Shown here piece by piece: positions 12,316-24,400 of a stretch of 64,000 nt of DNA (position 1 is the stretch's first letter; every line of letters starts with the position of its first letter). A model generated the notes under the pieces. It was not told where the DNA came from and searched no databases. It saw nothing but the letters and a program-made list of their open reading frames with translations. This DNA comes from Okamejei kenojei (taxonomy: Eukaryota). Both the position numbers and the translations under genes were made by a program. The stretch lies in NCBI GenBank assembly GCA_035221665.1, contig JAVHYY010000217.1, forward strand, positions 124,001 to 188,000. The letters run 5' to 3'.

Positions 12316-15300
12316 CTCTGTGTCCCACGGGGTTATACCCCAGTCCCTCTCCTCGCGTCCGTCGCTGCTAGTGACTCCCTCCTGTCTCCGGGGGCAGTGT
12401 TGGGTGGGACTGGGCTGTGTACAGACACATAGCCTATGATATAATGGAGATGAGTTATTTGATTTCGTTTAGAGATACAGCGCAGAACCAGGCCCTTTGG
12501 TCCGCCATGTCTGCACCGACCAGCGATCCCCGCACATTAACACTGGAGAATTTACATTGATACCAAGAAACTAGAGATCCCGGAGAAAACCCACGCAGAC
12601 GAACAGTCTCCGTATTGACAGCACCCAGAGTGAGTATGGAACCCAGGTGTCTGGCGCTGTGAGGCAGCATCTCCACCGCTGCGCCAGGGATTACCACTCA
12701 TCCCCACTTCAAGCGGGAATCACACCACTATAACCAAACGCTCCTCAGACGTAAGGCAGCGGGAACCGCCCTCAACACCAGACAAATACTCTTCGGGAAC
12801 TTAACCAATCTTTATTGCCCTCAGTCTCTGCTGCACAGTCAGTAAACGTCAGAAAACACGGAACCAAGTGATGGTGAAACAGGGCGTAGAAACAAAGAAC
12901 TGCAGATGCTAGTTTACACCAAAGATACAGATGTACTGCTCCATAATATAGACAGAGAGTGAGAGTTGGACAGGTACACGGATAGGCCAGGTTTGGATGT
13001 AATGGACCAAAGGCAGGCAAGTGTGACGTGTAGATGCGACGTCGAAGGGCCTGTTTCCACACTGTATCACTTTATGGCTCTAAGAGGTTAACCAGAAGAT
13101 GACACAGAGTGCTGGAGTAACTCCGCTAATCAGGCAGCATCTTTGGAGAACATGGATAGGTGATGCTGCCTGCCCCGCTGAGTTACTCCAACATTTTGTG
13201 TCGATCTTCAATTTAAACTAGCATCTGCAGTTCCTGCCTTTCCACTTTGAAGTTCTCCTCCTCTCTCCAGGGGGAGTTCTGCGAGACCCTCTCTCACTGC
13301 TTCCCCCCCCCCCCCCCTTTGAGAGCCCCATCTATGATCTCCAGAGATATAGTCTACTTGTGTCTTCTGACCAGAATGCTCCCTGGATTAAAGGGAATGA
13401 ACTCTAGAGACCTTGGACAAACCAAGATTGTAAAGAGACAGGATAATGAAAGGCTTGGCTAGAGAGGATGTGGAGAGAATGTTTCCACTACTGGGAGAGT
13501 CTCGGTATAGAATTAAAGGACATTATTTTAGGATGGAGATGAGGAGACATTTCTTTAGTGAGAGGGTGGTGAATGTGGGATTCTTTGCCACAGAAGGCTG
13601 GGGAGACCGTCAGTGAATATTTTTAAGGCAGAGTTAGATTCTTGACTAGGACAGGTGTCAGAGGTTATGGGGAGAAGGCAGGAGAATGGGGAGAGATACA
13701 TTAGCCATGAATGTATGGCGGAGTAGACTTGATGGGCCAAATGGCTTAATTCTACTCCTACCAGTTATGACCTTTTCTCTAGAGTACAAAGACTTCAGGG
13801 AGACGCGATAGAAGTCGGCAACATTATGAGAGGCATAGAAAGGATAGAACCTTGCCCCCCAGGGTGGAAATATCAAAGACTAGAGGGCATAGGGTAAAGG
13901 TGAAAGGGACAATGTTTAAAGGAGGTGTTGCGGACAAGTTATTTCACATTAACACAGAGGGTGGTGGGTGCCTGGAGCACAGAAAGAGACAATAGTGGTT
14001 GAAGAAGCTTTTAGATAGGCACATGGATGTGCAGGGAATGGAGGGATATGGATCACGTGCAGGCAGAGATTAGTTTAACTTGGCATCATGTCCGGCACGG
14101 ACATTGTGGGCCGAAGGGCCTATTCCTGTGTTGTACTGTTCTGTGTTCTATGAATGCAAACAATTCCCGGGGGATTTTTAACAACCAAGGATGCCCTGTC
14201 AATTCCTTGTCTCGGGGAAGGTGTTACTGTGAGCACAGCTCAAATCCCCCCCCCCCTCCCTCCCCTCCACAGTGTTGACCCTGACCCTACACTTGTGACA
14301 CCCCACCCTGTGGGGGTCTCCTCACCCCTCCACCCCTGCAAGGGGCAGACGGGGTCAAGGCTTTTCAAACAAACTATTTAGAAGAGTAACTGTGAACTCG
14401 CTCCGCTCTGCTCCGCACGTTCCTGGCTCACAGCTCCAGGTCACTCCTGTGGGGAAGAGGAGACAGGTCAGAGGAGAGCACTGGCTGCTGGCCGGAGCCA
14501 GACCCAGGTTGGGCCAGCGCACTGTGGCTGACCGCTGCCTCACCCCCTCACTGCCCCCCGTAGTTCCCTGACCCCTTGCCCATCCTCACCGCACCGGTTC
14601 CGCCTGCCTTCAGCTGACCCCTTGCCCATCCTCACCCCATCGGTCCCGTCAGTGCAGCCTGCCTCCAGCTCACCCCTCACTGCCCCCCTGTAGTTCACCG
14701 ATCCCTTGCCCATCCTCACCCCACCGGACCTGCCAGCCTCCAGCAGACCCCTTCCCTGCCCCTTGCACTCCGCTGACCACTTGTCCATCCACACCCCGCT
14801 TGCCCTCAGCTGATCCTAGTACATCTCTGACCCTTGCCTGACCACTTGCCCATCCTCACCCAGACAAACCCTCACCTGCTGTCTAACCCCTCTCCCCAGT
14901 GCGCCTCCCACCCCTCGCCTCTGCACTGCACCCCGCTGTCCCCTGCCGCAACCACAGAATACTCCCAGCCTGAGGTGGGAGACACGACGGGAGATGAGAG
15001 AGAGATGGAGGAACACACAGGATGAGAGGTGAGAGAGGGACACAGAATGAGAGGGAGAGGTGAGAGAGGGAGAGACACAGGGAGAGAGGGAGAGGGGGAG
15101 ACACAGGATGAGGGAGAGGGGAGGGGAGAGAGACAGGATGAGAGGGAGAGGGGGAGAGAGAGACAGGATGAGGGGGAGAGGGGCGAGAGGGAGAAACACG
15201 GGAAAAGAGGGAGACACAATGAGAAGGAGTGAGACAAGACGAGAGGGGAGAGAGTGCGAGGGGAGAGGGAGGTAGAGACAGGATGCTAGGGAGAGAGGGC

Positions 15301-15426
15301 AGAGGGAGACACAGGACGAGAGGGAGAGAGAGACAGGGGGAGGGGGGGTGCAGGCAGAACGATGTAAATGGAAGAAGTGAGTGGTAATGGGACGGGTCGG
15401 TACCTTGGAGCAAACGGGGTGCAGTC

Positions 15427-18400
15427 CTAGAGAAACTCGTCGTCAGCCGGAGGGTGCCCTGCAACAACACACGCACTTTACAGGGGGAGGGGGCAGACTG
15501 GGGGGGGGGGGGGGGGGGGAATGAGTGCAGCGGGAGGGAGGGGTGAGTGAATGAAGATGGAGTGAGTTGGGTTGAGATGGACAGGCCTCTCCGCTGAGAG
15601 CTAATGGGTCCCAGCGTGGGGCGGGCAGCTGAGAGCTAAGCTGACATCGTGGCACAGTGGGTAGAGCTGCTGCCTCACAGCACCAGAGACCGGGTTTCCA
15701 TCCTGATCTCCGGCGCTCTCTGTCTGTGCGTGGAGTTTGCACGTTCTCCTTGTGACTGCGTGGGTTTCTTCCAGGTGCTCTGGTTTCGTCTCATGCGAGC
15801 GGGTTTATAGGATAATAGTCCCTCTGTAAATTGGCCCAAGTGTGTGGGGAGTTGATGCAAAAGTGGGATAACATAGAACTAGTGTGAACGGGTGGTCGAT
15901 GGTCGGCGTGGGCCCGGTGGACATAGTTGAGGCAGGGACTTTCACATTTAAAATACATTTGGACAGAGAAATGCATAGGAAAGGTTTAGAGGGATATGGG
16001 CCAAACACAGGCTTATGTGACTAGTGTAAATGGGCATGTTGGTGGGTGTGGGGAGGTATGGCTGAAGAGACTGTTTCTATGCTGCGTGACTGTATTTATC
16101 AATCTCAGAGTTGCCCCTTCTCGTGAGGGGGAGCATTCTCTATTCGGTTGTGCAGGGAATGAGTCGTGGTGTCGCCGAGCGTTTGCGAGGCACCGGATTG
16201 GGATCTTACGGCGTACCCGCGTGACTCTGCCAAGATTCGGGCAGCTGTGGCTTTGCGCTTCCTGTAGTCGCTTCGGAAACGGCGGATCCATCCTTGGCCC
16301 CGGTCACATCGTTCTAAAATAAACACAGCGCGGTCAGTAGGGAGCAGAGACTCAACCCGAAACGTCATCACAGATGCTGCCTGACCCACTGAGTTACTCC
16401 AGCACTCTGTGAAACGTCACCTAACCATGTTCTCCACAGATGCTGCCTGACCCGCTGAGTTACTCCAGCACTCTGTGAAACGTCACCTATCCATGTTCTC
16501 TACTCCAGCATCTTGTGTCTATCCCCTTCACCTAGCCCCTCACTCTCCCGGTCCACCCCCATGTTATAAACCTGTCCAAGGCAGACAGTGTGGCTCCTCA
16601 CCCTCTCCCACACACCACTCTTCTTCCCGGCGTCGAGGGGAGCTTTGACCTTTGGTTCTGTAGGAGGTCCTCAAAATCATGGAGATCACGTTATAGTAGA
16701 ATTAGGCCATTCGGCCCACCGTGTCTTCGCCGCCATTCAATCATGGCTAATCCCATTTTCTTGCCTTCCCATAAACCTTGACATCCATTCTAATCAAGAA
16801 TCTATCTATATCTGCCTTAAAAATATCCATTGACTTGTCCTCCACAGCCGTCTGTGGCAATGCGTTCCACAGATTCACCACTATCTGACTAAAGAAATTC
16901 CTCCTCACCCCCTTTTTAAAAGAGCGTCATTGAATTCTGAGGCTGTGACCTCTGGTCCTGGACTCTCCCACCAGTGGAAACATCCTCTCCACATCCACTC
17001 TATCGCATGTGGGACTGGGCTGTGTGTGTGGGACTGGACTGTGTGTGTGGGACTGGACTGTGTGTGTGGGACTGGGCCCCGTATGTGGGACCAGACTGTG
17101 TGTGTGGGACCGGACTGTGTGTGTGGGACCGGACTGTGTGTGTGGGACCGGGCCCCGTGTGTGGGACCGGACTGTGTGTGTGGGACTGGACTGTGCGTGT
17201 GGGACCGGGCCCCGTGTGTGGGACCGGACTGTGTGTGTGGGACTGGGCCCCGTGTGTGTGGGACTGGGCCCCGTGTGTGTGGGACTGGGCCCCGTGTGTG
17301 TGGGACTGGGCCCCGTGTGTGTGTGGGACCGGGCCCCATGTATGTGTGGGACCGGACTGTGCCCTGTGTGTGGGACTGGGCCCCGTGTGTGTGGGACTGG
17401 GCCCCGTGTGTGTGGGACTGGGCCCCGTGTGTGTGGGACTGGGCCCCGTGTGTGTGTGGGACCGGGCTCCATGTATGTGTGGGACCGGACTGTGCCCTGT
17501 GTGTGGGACTGGGCCCCGTGTGTGTGGGACCGGACTGTGCGTGTGGGACTGGGCCCCGTGTGTGTGGGACTGGGCCCAGTGTGTGTGGGACCAGACTGTG
17601 CGTGTAGGATTGGGCCCCGTGTGTGGGACCGGGCTGTGTGTGTGGGACCGGGCCCCGTGTGTGTGGGACTGGGCCCCGTGTGTGGGACCGGACTGGGCCC
17701 AGTGTGTGTGGGACCGGGCCCCGTGTGTGTGGGACCGGACTGTGCCCCGTGTGTGGGACCAGGCCCCGTGTGTGTGGGACTGGGCCCCGCGTGTGGGACC
17801 GAACTGTGTGTGTGGGACTGGGCCCCGTGTGTGTGACCGGGCTGTGTGTGTGTGTGGGACTGGGCCCCGCGTGTGTGGGACCAGGCTGTGCGTGTGGGAC
17901 TGGGCCCTGTGTGTGGGACCGGGCTGTGTGTGTGGGACCGGGCCCCGTGTGTGTGGGACCGGACTGTGCCCCGTGTGTGGGACCGGGCCCCGTGTGTGTG
18001 GGACCGGGCCCCGTGTGTGTGGGACTGGGCCCCGCGTGTGGGACCAGACTGTGCGTGGACATTACCAGCAGGGTCTGCAGGTTTGTTGGTGCCACCATCC
18101 AGTGGGTGTCGGCTCCGTCTGCCGCCTTGGCTCCATCTCCCCGCGGGCACCGCACGGCGTGTCCCTGCCGCACCAGCTCCTCACCGATATCCACACTCTA
18201 TGTACCGGGGAGGGGGGGCACAAGACACAGAGCCCGTCAGCACACCCTGGACCAAAACCTCCCGACACCACCCACATCCCAGGTAGAATGTAGGTGGAGA
18301 CAGTAAGACGAGTGGGAGAGCTAGGAGGTAGTTCTGGGGTTACCCCAATGTTTATGAAACAGACAGATACATGGAAAGGACAGGCTAGAACGGATATGGG

Positions 18401-21400
18401 CCCAAACGCAAACGCAGTGTAGCTGGGACATGTTGGCCGGCGTGGACAAGTTGTACACCCGCGCTGCCCGGCACTGTACCTCTGTGCTGCCCGGTACTGT
18501 GCCTCGGTACACCTGCGCTGCCTGGCATTTACACCCGTACTCCCCAGCACTGTCCCGCAGTACACCCGCGCTGCCCGGTACTGTCCCTCAGTACACCCGC
18601 GCTGCCCGGTACTGTCCCTCAGTACATCCGTGCTGCCCGGCACTGTACCGCAGTACACCCGCGCTGCCTGTCACTGTAACTCTGCGCTGCCCGGCACTGT
18701 ACCTCAGTACACCCGTGGTGCCCGTCACTGTCCCTCTGCGCTGCCCGGCACAGTACCTCTGCTCTGCCCGTCATTGCACCTCTGCGCTGCCCGGCACTGT
18801 ACTGTAGTACACCCACGCTGCCCTGCACTGTACCTCTGCGCTGCCCTGCACTGTACCTCTGCGCTGCCCGGCACTGTACCTTTGCGCTGCCCAGCACTGT
18901 ACTGTAGTACATCCACGCTGCCCTGCACTGTACCTCTGCGCTGCCCTGCACTGTACCTTTGCGCTGCCCAGCACTGTACTGTAGTACACCCACGCTGCCC
19001 AGCACTGTACCTCTGCGCTGCCCTGCACTGTACCTCTGCTCTGCCCAGCACTGTACCTTTGCGCTGCCCAGCACTGTACTGTAGTACATCCACGCTGCCC
19101 TGCACTGTACCTCTGCGCTGCCCTGCACTGTACCTCTGCTCTGCCCAGCACTGTACCTTTGCGCTGCCCAGCACTGTACTGTAGTACATCCACGCTGCCC
19201 TGCACTGTACCTCTGCGCTGCCCAGCACTGTACCTCTGCTCTGCCCGCCACTGTACCTCTGCGCTGCCCGGCACTGTACCTTTGCGCTGCCCGGCACTGC
19301 ACTGTAGTACACCCACACTGCGTGGCACTGTACCTTTGCGCTGCCCAGCACTGTACCACAGTACACCCACACTGTGTGGCACTGTACCGCAGTACACATG
19401 ATGTTAATAACCAAAGGTCCCCTACACCAGCGTTGCTCAGAACGCCTACCTTGCCCTGGCTGCGATCGAACAACTGCACCCGTGGTCTGGTCACCCCTTC
19501 ACTCTGCAGGTAGCTACAGATCCGAGCCAGCAGGACCTTCCACTCCGCACAGTGGGCGAGACCGTCAAAACAGTTCATGGCTTCCTCCGACCAGTTCTCC
19601 CCTGGAACAACACAACAGTCCTCACTCAGAAGACAGACTGGAACACCTTGGACTTGGAGGAAGTGGGAGGAGTCAAAGGAGAAGTTGTTGAGGGTGAGGG
19701 CCAGTTCTGCTAGGCAGAGTAGAGTGTTAGTAGAGGGAATTTGGATGATTCTGCGGTCAAGGAAGAAACGGGAGTTAAGGCTTTCCTGGTGGGGGATGGA
19801 GATGTCGATTGACTGAACGTCCATAGTAAAGTTGAGGGAGTGGGGGCTCGGAAAGCAAAATTCATTAAAGAGACAAAGGGTATGTGAGGTATCTTGGACA
19901 TAGGTCGGGAGAGATAGGATGGATTCGAGGTATGTGGAAATCATTTCCGTGGGACAGGAGCTGGCAGAAACAATGGGTCTGCCAGGGCAGTTGTGTTTAT
20001 GGATTTTGGGGAGAAGGTAAAAACTGGCTGTGCAGGGCTGGGAAACGATAAGGTTGGAGGCTGTGGAAGGCAGACAGAAGTGATGAAATCAGTAATGGCG
20101 TTTGAGATTAAGGCCTGGTGCTCATCTGAGGGATCATGGTCCAAGGATAAGTAGGAGGAGGTGTCTGAGAGTTGTCGCCTGGCCTCAGCCCGGTAGAGGT
20201 TAGTGCGCTAGACTACCGCGGCACCTCCTTAGTTGGCGGGTTTGATAATGCCGGGGATGCTGCAGAGTGAACAGAGGGCTGTACGTTCAGAGGGGGTGAG
20301 GTTAGAGTAGGTGAGGGACTGGAAAAGTTGAGATAGTTGATGCCACTCCATAGTTAGAAATAAAGAGGTCTAGAGAGGGTAGAAGGCCGTTCTGCAGAGT
20401 CCAAGATGAGGGGGTCCGGGATGACAGAAGGGCTCATCACTGGGTGGTGAGGACTCCTTCCCATAGAAAAAGGCACAGGGGCGGGTGCAACAGAAGAAGA
20501 GCTCTACGTCGTGGTGGACCAGGAACCCGTTGAGGTGGGGGCAGAGGGGAGCCTCTGTTAACGACAGACCGTGCCGTGCGAGGGGGAGGTCGGGGGGGTG
20601 GTGGTGGTGAAGACACGACAAGGGTGCGGGTTGGGGTCAGAGGAGGACCGAGGAGTGGACAAACCTCACTCAATCTCAGCAGAAACACCTCCCCTGCACC
20701 AGTCTCCCCAGTCGTAGTCAAACAGAGGTGCAGAGGAGAGGAACAGGCTCTTCAGCCCACAATGTCCGTGCCGAACATGACACCAAGATAAACTGATCTC
20801 CTGTGCCTGTACGTGAGCCATATCCCCCCAATCCCTGCATATCCATGTGCCTATCTAAAACCCTCTTAAACACCACTATCATATCTGCCTCCACCACCTC
20901 CCCTGGCATCACGTTCCGGGCACCCGCCACCCTCTGTGTAACAAATAAACTCGTCCCACGCGTATCCTTTAAACTTTGCCCCTCATCCTAAAGCTATACC
21001 CTCTAGTCATTGACATTTCCACCCTGGCTAAAAGGTTCTGACTATCTACGCCTCTTAATTTTATGCACTTCTTCAGGTCTCCTCCCTACCTCCAACATTT
21101 TAGAGAAAACAATCCAACTTTGCCCGTCCTCTGTGTAGGAAGCAACTGCAGATGCCGGTTTAAACCATAGACACAAAACGCTGGAGTATCTCAGCGGATC
21201 AGACAGCATCTCTGGAGAGAAGGAATAGGTGATGTTTTGTATCGAGACCATTCTTCAGTCTGGTGAAGGTTCTCGACCCAAAATCCCACTTATTCCTTTT
21301 CTTCAGAAATCCTGTCTGACCCGTTGAGTTACTCCAGCTCTGTATTTATCTTTTGCCGAACCTCTACTTGTTGCTAAAGCCCTCTAATCCAGGCAGCTTT

Positions 21401-24400
21401 CTGGTAAACCTCCTCTCCTCTCCCCTCTCTCCAAAGTCTCAACATCTTTCCTGCAATGGGGCGACCAGAACTGCACACAATTACTATAGTGGAAGATGGG
21501 CTACTCACTCACCGACGGGCCGAATTCCATCGAGACTGCACTCGACAGCCTGAAATGGCAGACTCAGGAAATCACTCCTGGAGACAAAACACAAACGCCA
21601 TGAGGAGGCTGGGGACACAGGGGAGCGAGGCAGAGACACGCAAGCACATGCGCACGCACACACTCCGCGCACACACACGCACACATACACACGAATACAC
21701 TCACAAACACAAGCGCACGCACACATGCACACAAATGCACTCACACTGCACAAACACGCGTGCACACATACACAGCACACAAACACCCGCGCACACATGC
21801 ATGTAAACACAGGCACGCAAACACACACAAATGCACGTACACACACGCGAGCACATGAGCTCACACACATGGAGACAGAGGAAAGACGATGTAGAGAGGA
21901 GGCAGAGCAGGTAAAGGGTGGGAATGTGGTGATGCAAGAGACTGCAGATGTTAGAATCCTGAGCATTAAAACAAAGTGCTGGGGGAACTCAGCGGGTCAA
22001 GCAGTGTGGGTGAAACTAATTGCCGCAGATGGCTGTGGAGGTAAAGATATTGGGTTCTATTAATGCAGAGATTGATCAGTTCTTGATTAGTGAGGGCTCC
22101 AAAGGTCAAGGGAAGAAGGCAGAATGGGGTCGAGAGGGAAAAATAGATTAGCCATGATCAACTGGGAGAGCAGACTCGATGGGCTGAATGGCCTAATTCT
22201 GCTTCCATGTCTTATGGTCTTATATCCACCTATCACTCAGAGGGCACAAAGTTCTGGAGTAACTCAGCAGGTCAGGAAGCATCTCAGGGCCCACTCAGAT
22301 ACTCCAGCACGTTGTCCTTGTGTGTGACAGGTGGATACAGAGAAGAGGAGTTGTGTCAACTGACCTGAGGACCTGTATGTTCGCCAGAGCTGCCTCTCCG
22401 TTGTCTCCGTAATCCACATAGTAGAGGTCAGCGTTGCCGTTCTCCAGGAAGCCCAACACACAGGCTCTGTACCAGAAACCGTCATTCTGGAAGGGAGCCG
22501 CCACGATGTCGCCCACCTTTGGGACGAACGACTCAGCCTGTGGAGAGTTTGTGAGGGAAGTGTGAGTTTGGGCCCAACTGCCAGGCGAGAGGAGAGAGCT
22601 CTGACTACTGCCTTCAAGAGAGAGTTAGATTTAGCTCTTAGGGCTAAAGGAATCAAGGGATATGGGGAGAAAGCAGGAACGGGGTACTGATTTTGGATGA
22701 TCAGCCATGATCATATTGAATGGCGGTGCTGGCTCGAAGGGTCGAATGGCCTAGGCCTGCACCAATTAGTCTATGTTTCTGTGCTTTCTACACCACCTCT
22801 GCAACACCCATCAGCATGCTTCACCACTCCGCCCAGGACTGCAAGAAACTGCAGACAGTGGTGGATGTGGCCCAGTCCATCGCACAGACCCTTCCCCCCC
22901 CCCCCCGTGGCAGTGCTGCTCTCCACCGGCCACGGGCCGCACTTACCGCTGTGCTGGAGCTGCTGTAGTAGCGGGACATCTCGGAGCAGAGGTTGTCCAG
23001 CTGCAGGCATCTGGAGCCCAGCATCTGGATCCAGAAGTGGCCGGGGTTTTCCGAAGCCGAGACGTAAACTTCCAGATGTTCGTCTGCAAGGAAACTGAAG
23101 TCAGGACTGGGAACTGTGGAGAAGGGAGGAAATAAATATTACACTCCAGACCGGGAATGCCTGTGGGAGAGAAGGGACGAGATAAAATGTTGCACTCACG
23201 GAGGAACGGCAAGGGATACCTCGTTACCTCCCACCATCAGCTGGGAGCGGGCGGGTGGGTGTCCGCTAGCCCGGACAAGGTTCAATCGCACACAACACCA
23301 GGTCTCGGCACGGTGGCGCAGCGGTTAGTGTCACTGCCTCACAGCACAGGATGCCCAGGTTCGATCCTGACCTCGGGTGCTGTCTGTACGTTCTCCCTGT
23401 GACCACGTGGGTTATCTTCCGGTACTCCAGTTTCCAACCACATCCCTAAGATGTACAGGTTTGTAGGTTAATTGGCTTCTATAAACTGCCCCTCTTGTAT
23501 CGGACGTATGTGTGGAATAACATAGAGCTAGTGTATTGTTGGTCAGCATAGACTCGGTGGGGCCGAACGGCCCGTTTCCATGCTGCAACTCTAAATCAAA
23601 AACAAAAAGACAATGCCTCGACAGCCCATGGGACTGACGCCCCAGCTGCCTGGGTGCAATCCCGATCTTCCAACCTACCCCATTGCAGACATTCCACTTT
23701 TTTTCTGCAATTCAAACTCTACTGTTAGAGTTACAGCACAAAAACAGGCTCTTCAGCCCACCAACTCCACTCCGAGCATCGATCACCCCTTCACACAAGT
23801 TCCACGTTATCCCACTTTCTAGTCCACTCCCTACACACGAGGGAGTAATTTACTGGGGACCAATTGAACTACAAACCTGAACGTCTTTGCGTTGAGGAAA
23901 CCAGAGCACCCAGAAGAAACCCACCCGATCATTCGGAGAACATGCAATATCCACACAAACTGCGGTGTTCAGGCTCGAACCGCGGGTCTCTGCAGCGGTG
24001 AAACAGCGGCTGCAAGCCTCCAACTCTGTAGTACTATTTTCTGCACTCTAGCATTTTTCACTTTGCAGTTACTGATGGGTTTAGTGCAGTATATTCATAT
24101 AACACTGGATTTGATTCAACTGGATTGCTTGCTCAGTTTTTAATCGTAGAGTTAGAAAGTCCAAGTGATACTCAAGGAAACAGCCCCTTCAGCCCAAACG
24201 CAACCATGCTGACCAAGATGCCTCATCTACGCTAGCCCCACCGGCCGCATTCCACTAAACCTTTCCTATCCATGTACCCACCAAAGTATCTTTTAAATGT
24301 TGTTATAGCACTTGCCTCAAATGAAAGCCTTTCATTGTACCTCAGTACACCTGACAATAAACTAAACTGGTCTGAAACTCCTTCCACATCTGCCCCTTCC

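Noticed and set aside
14816-15476. Leu/Ser/Pro-rich ORFs resembling transmembrane proteins
   Set aside because: Translation of a purine/pyrimidine-biased low-complexity tract in the last TDRKH intron.
16905-18306. Several overlapping 200-440 aa ORFs on both strands
   Set aside because: Translations of a stop-free minisatellite; only 18066-18197 is a real TDRKH exon.
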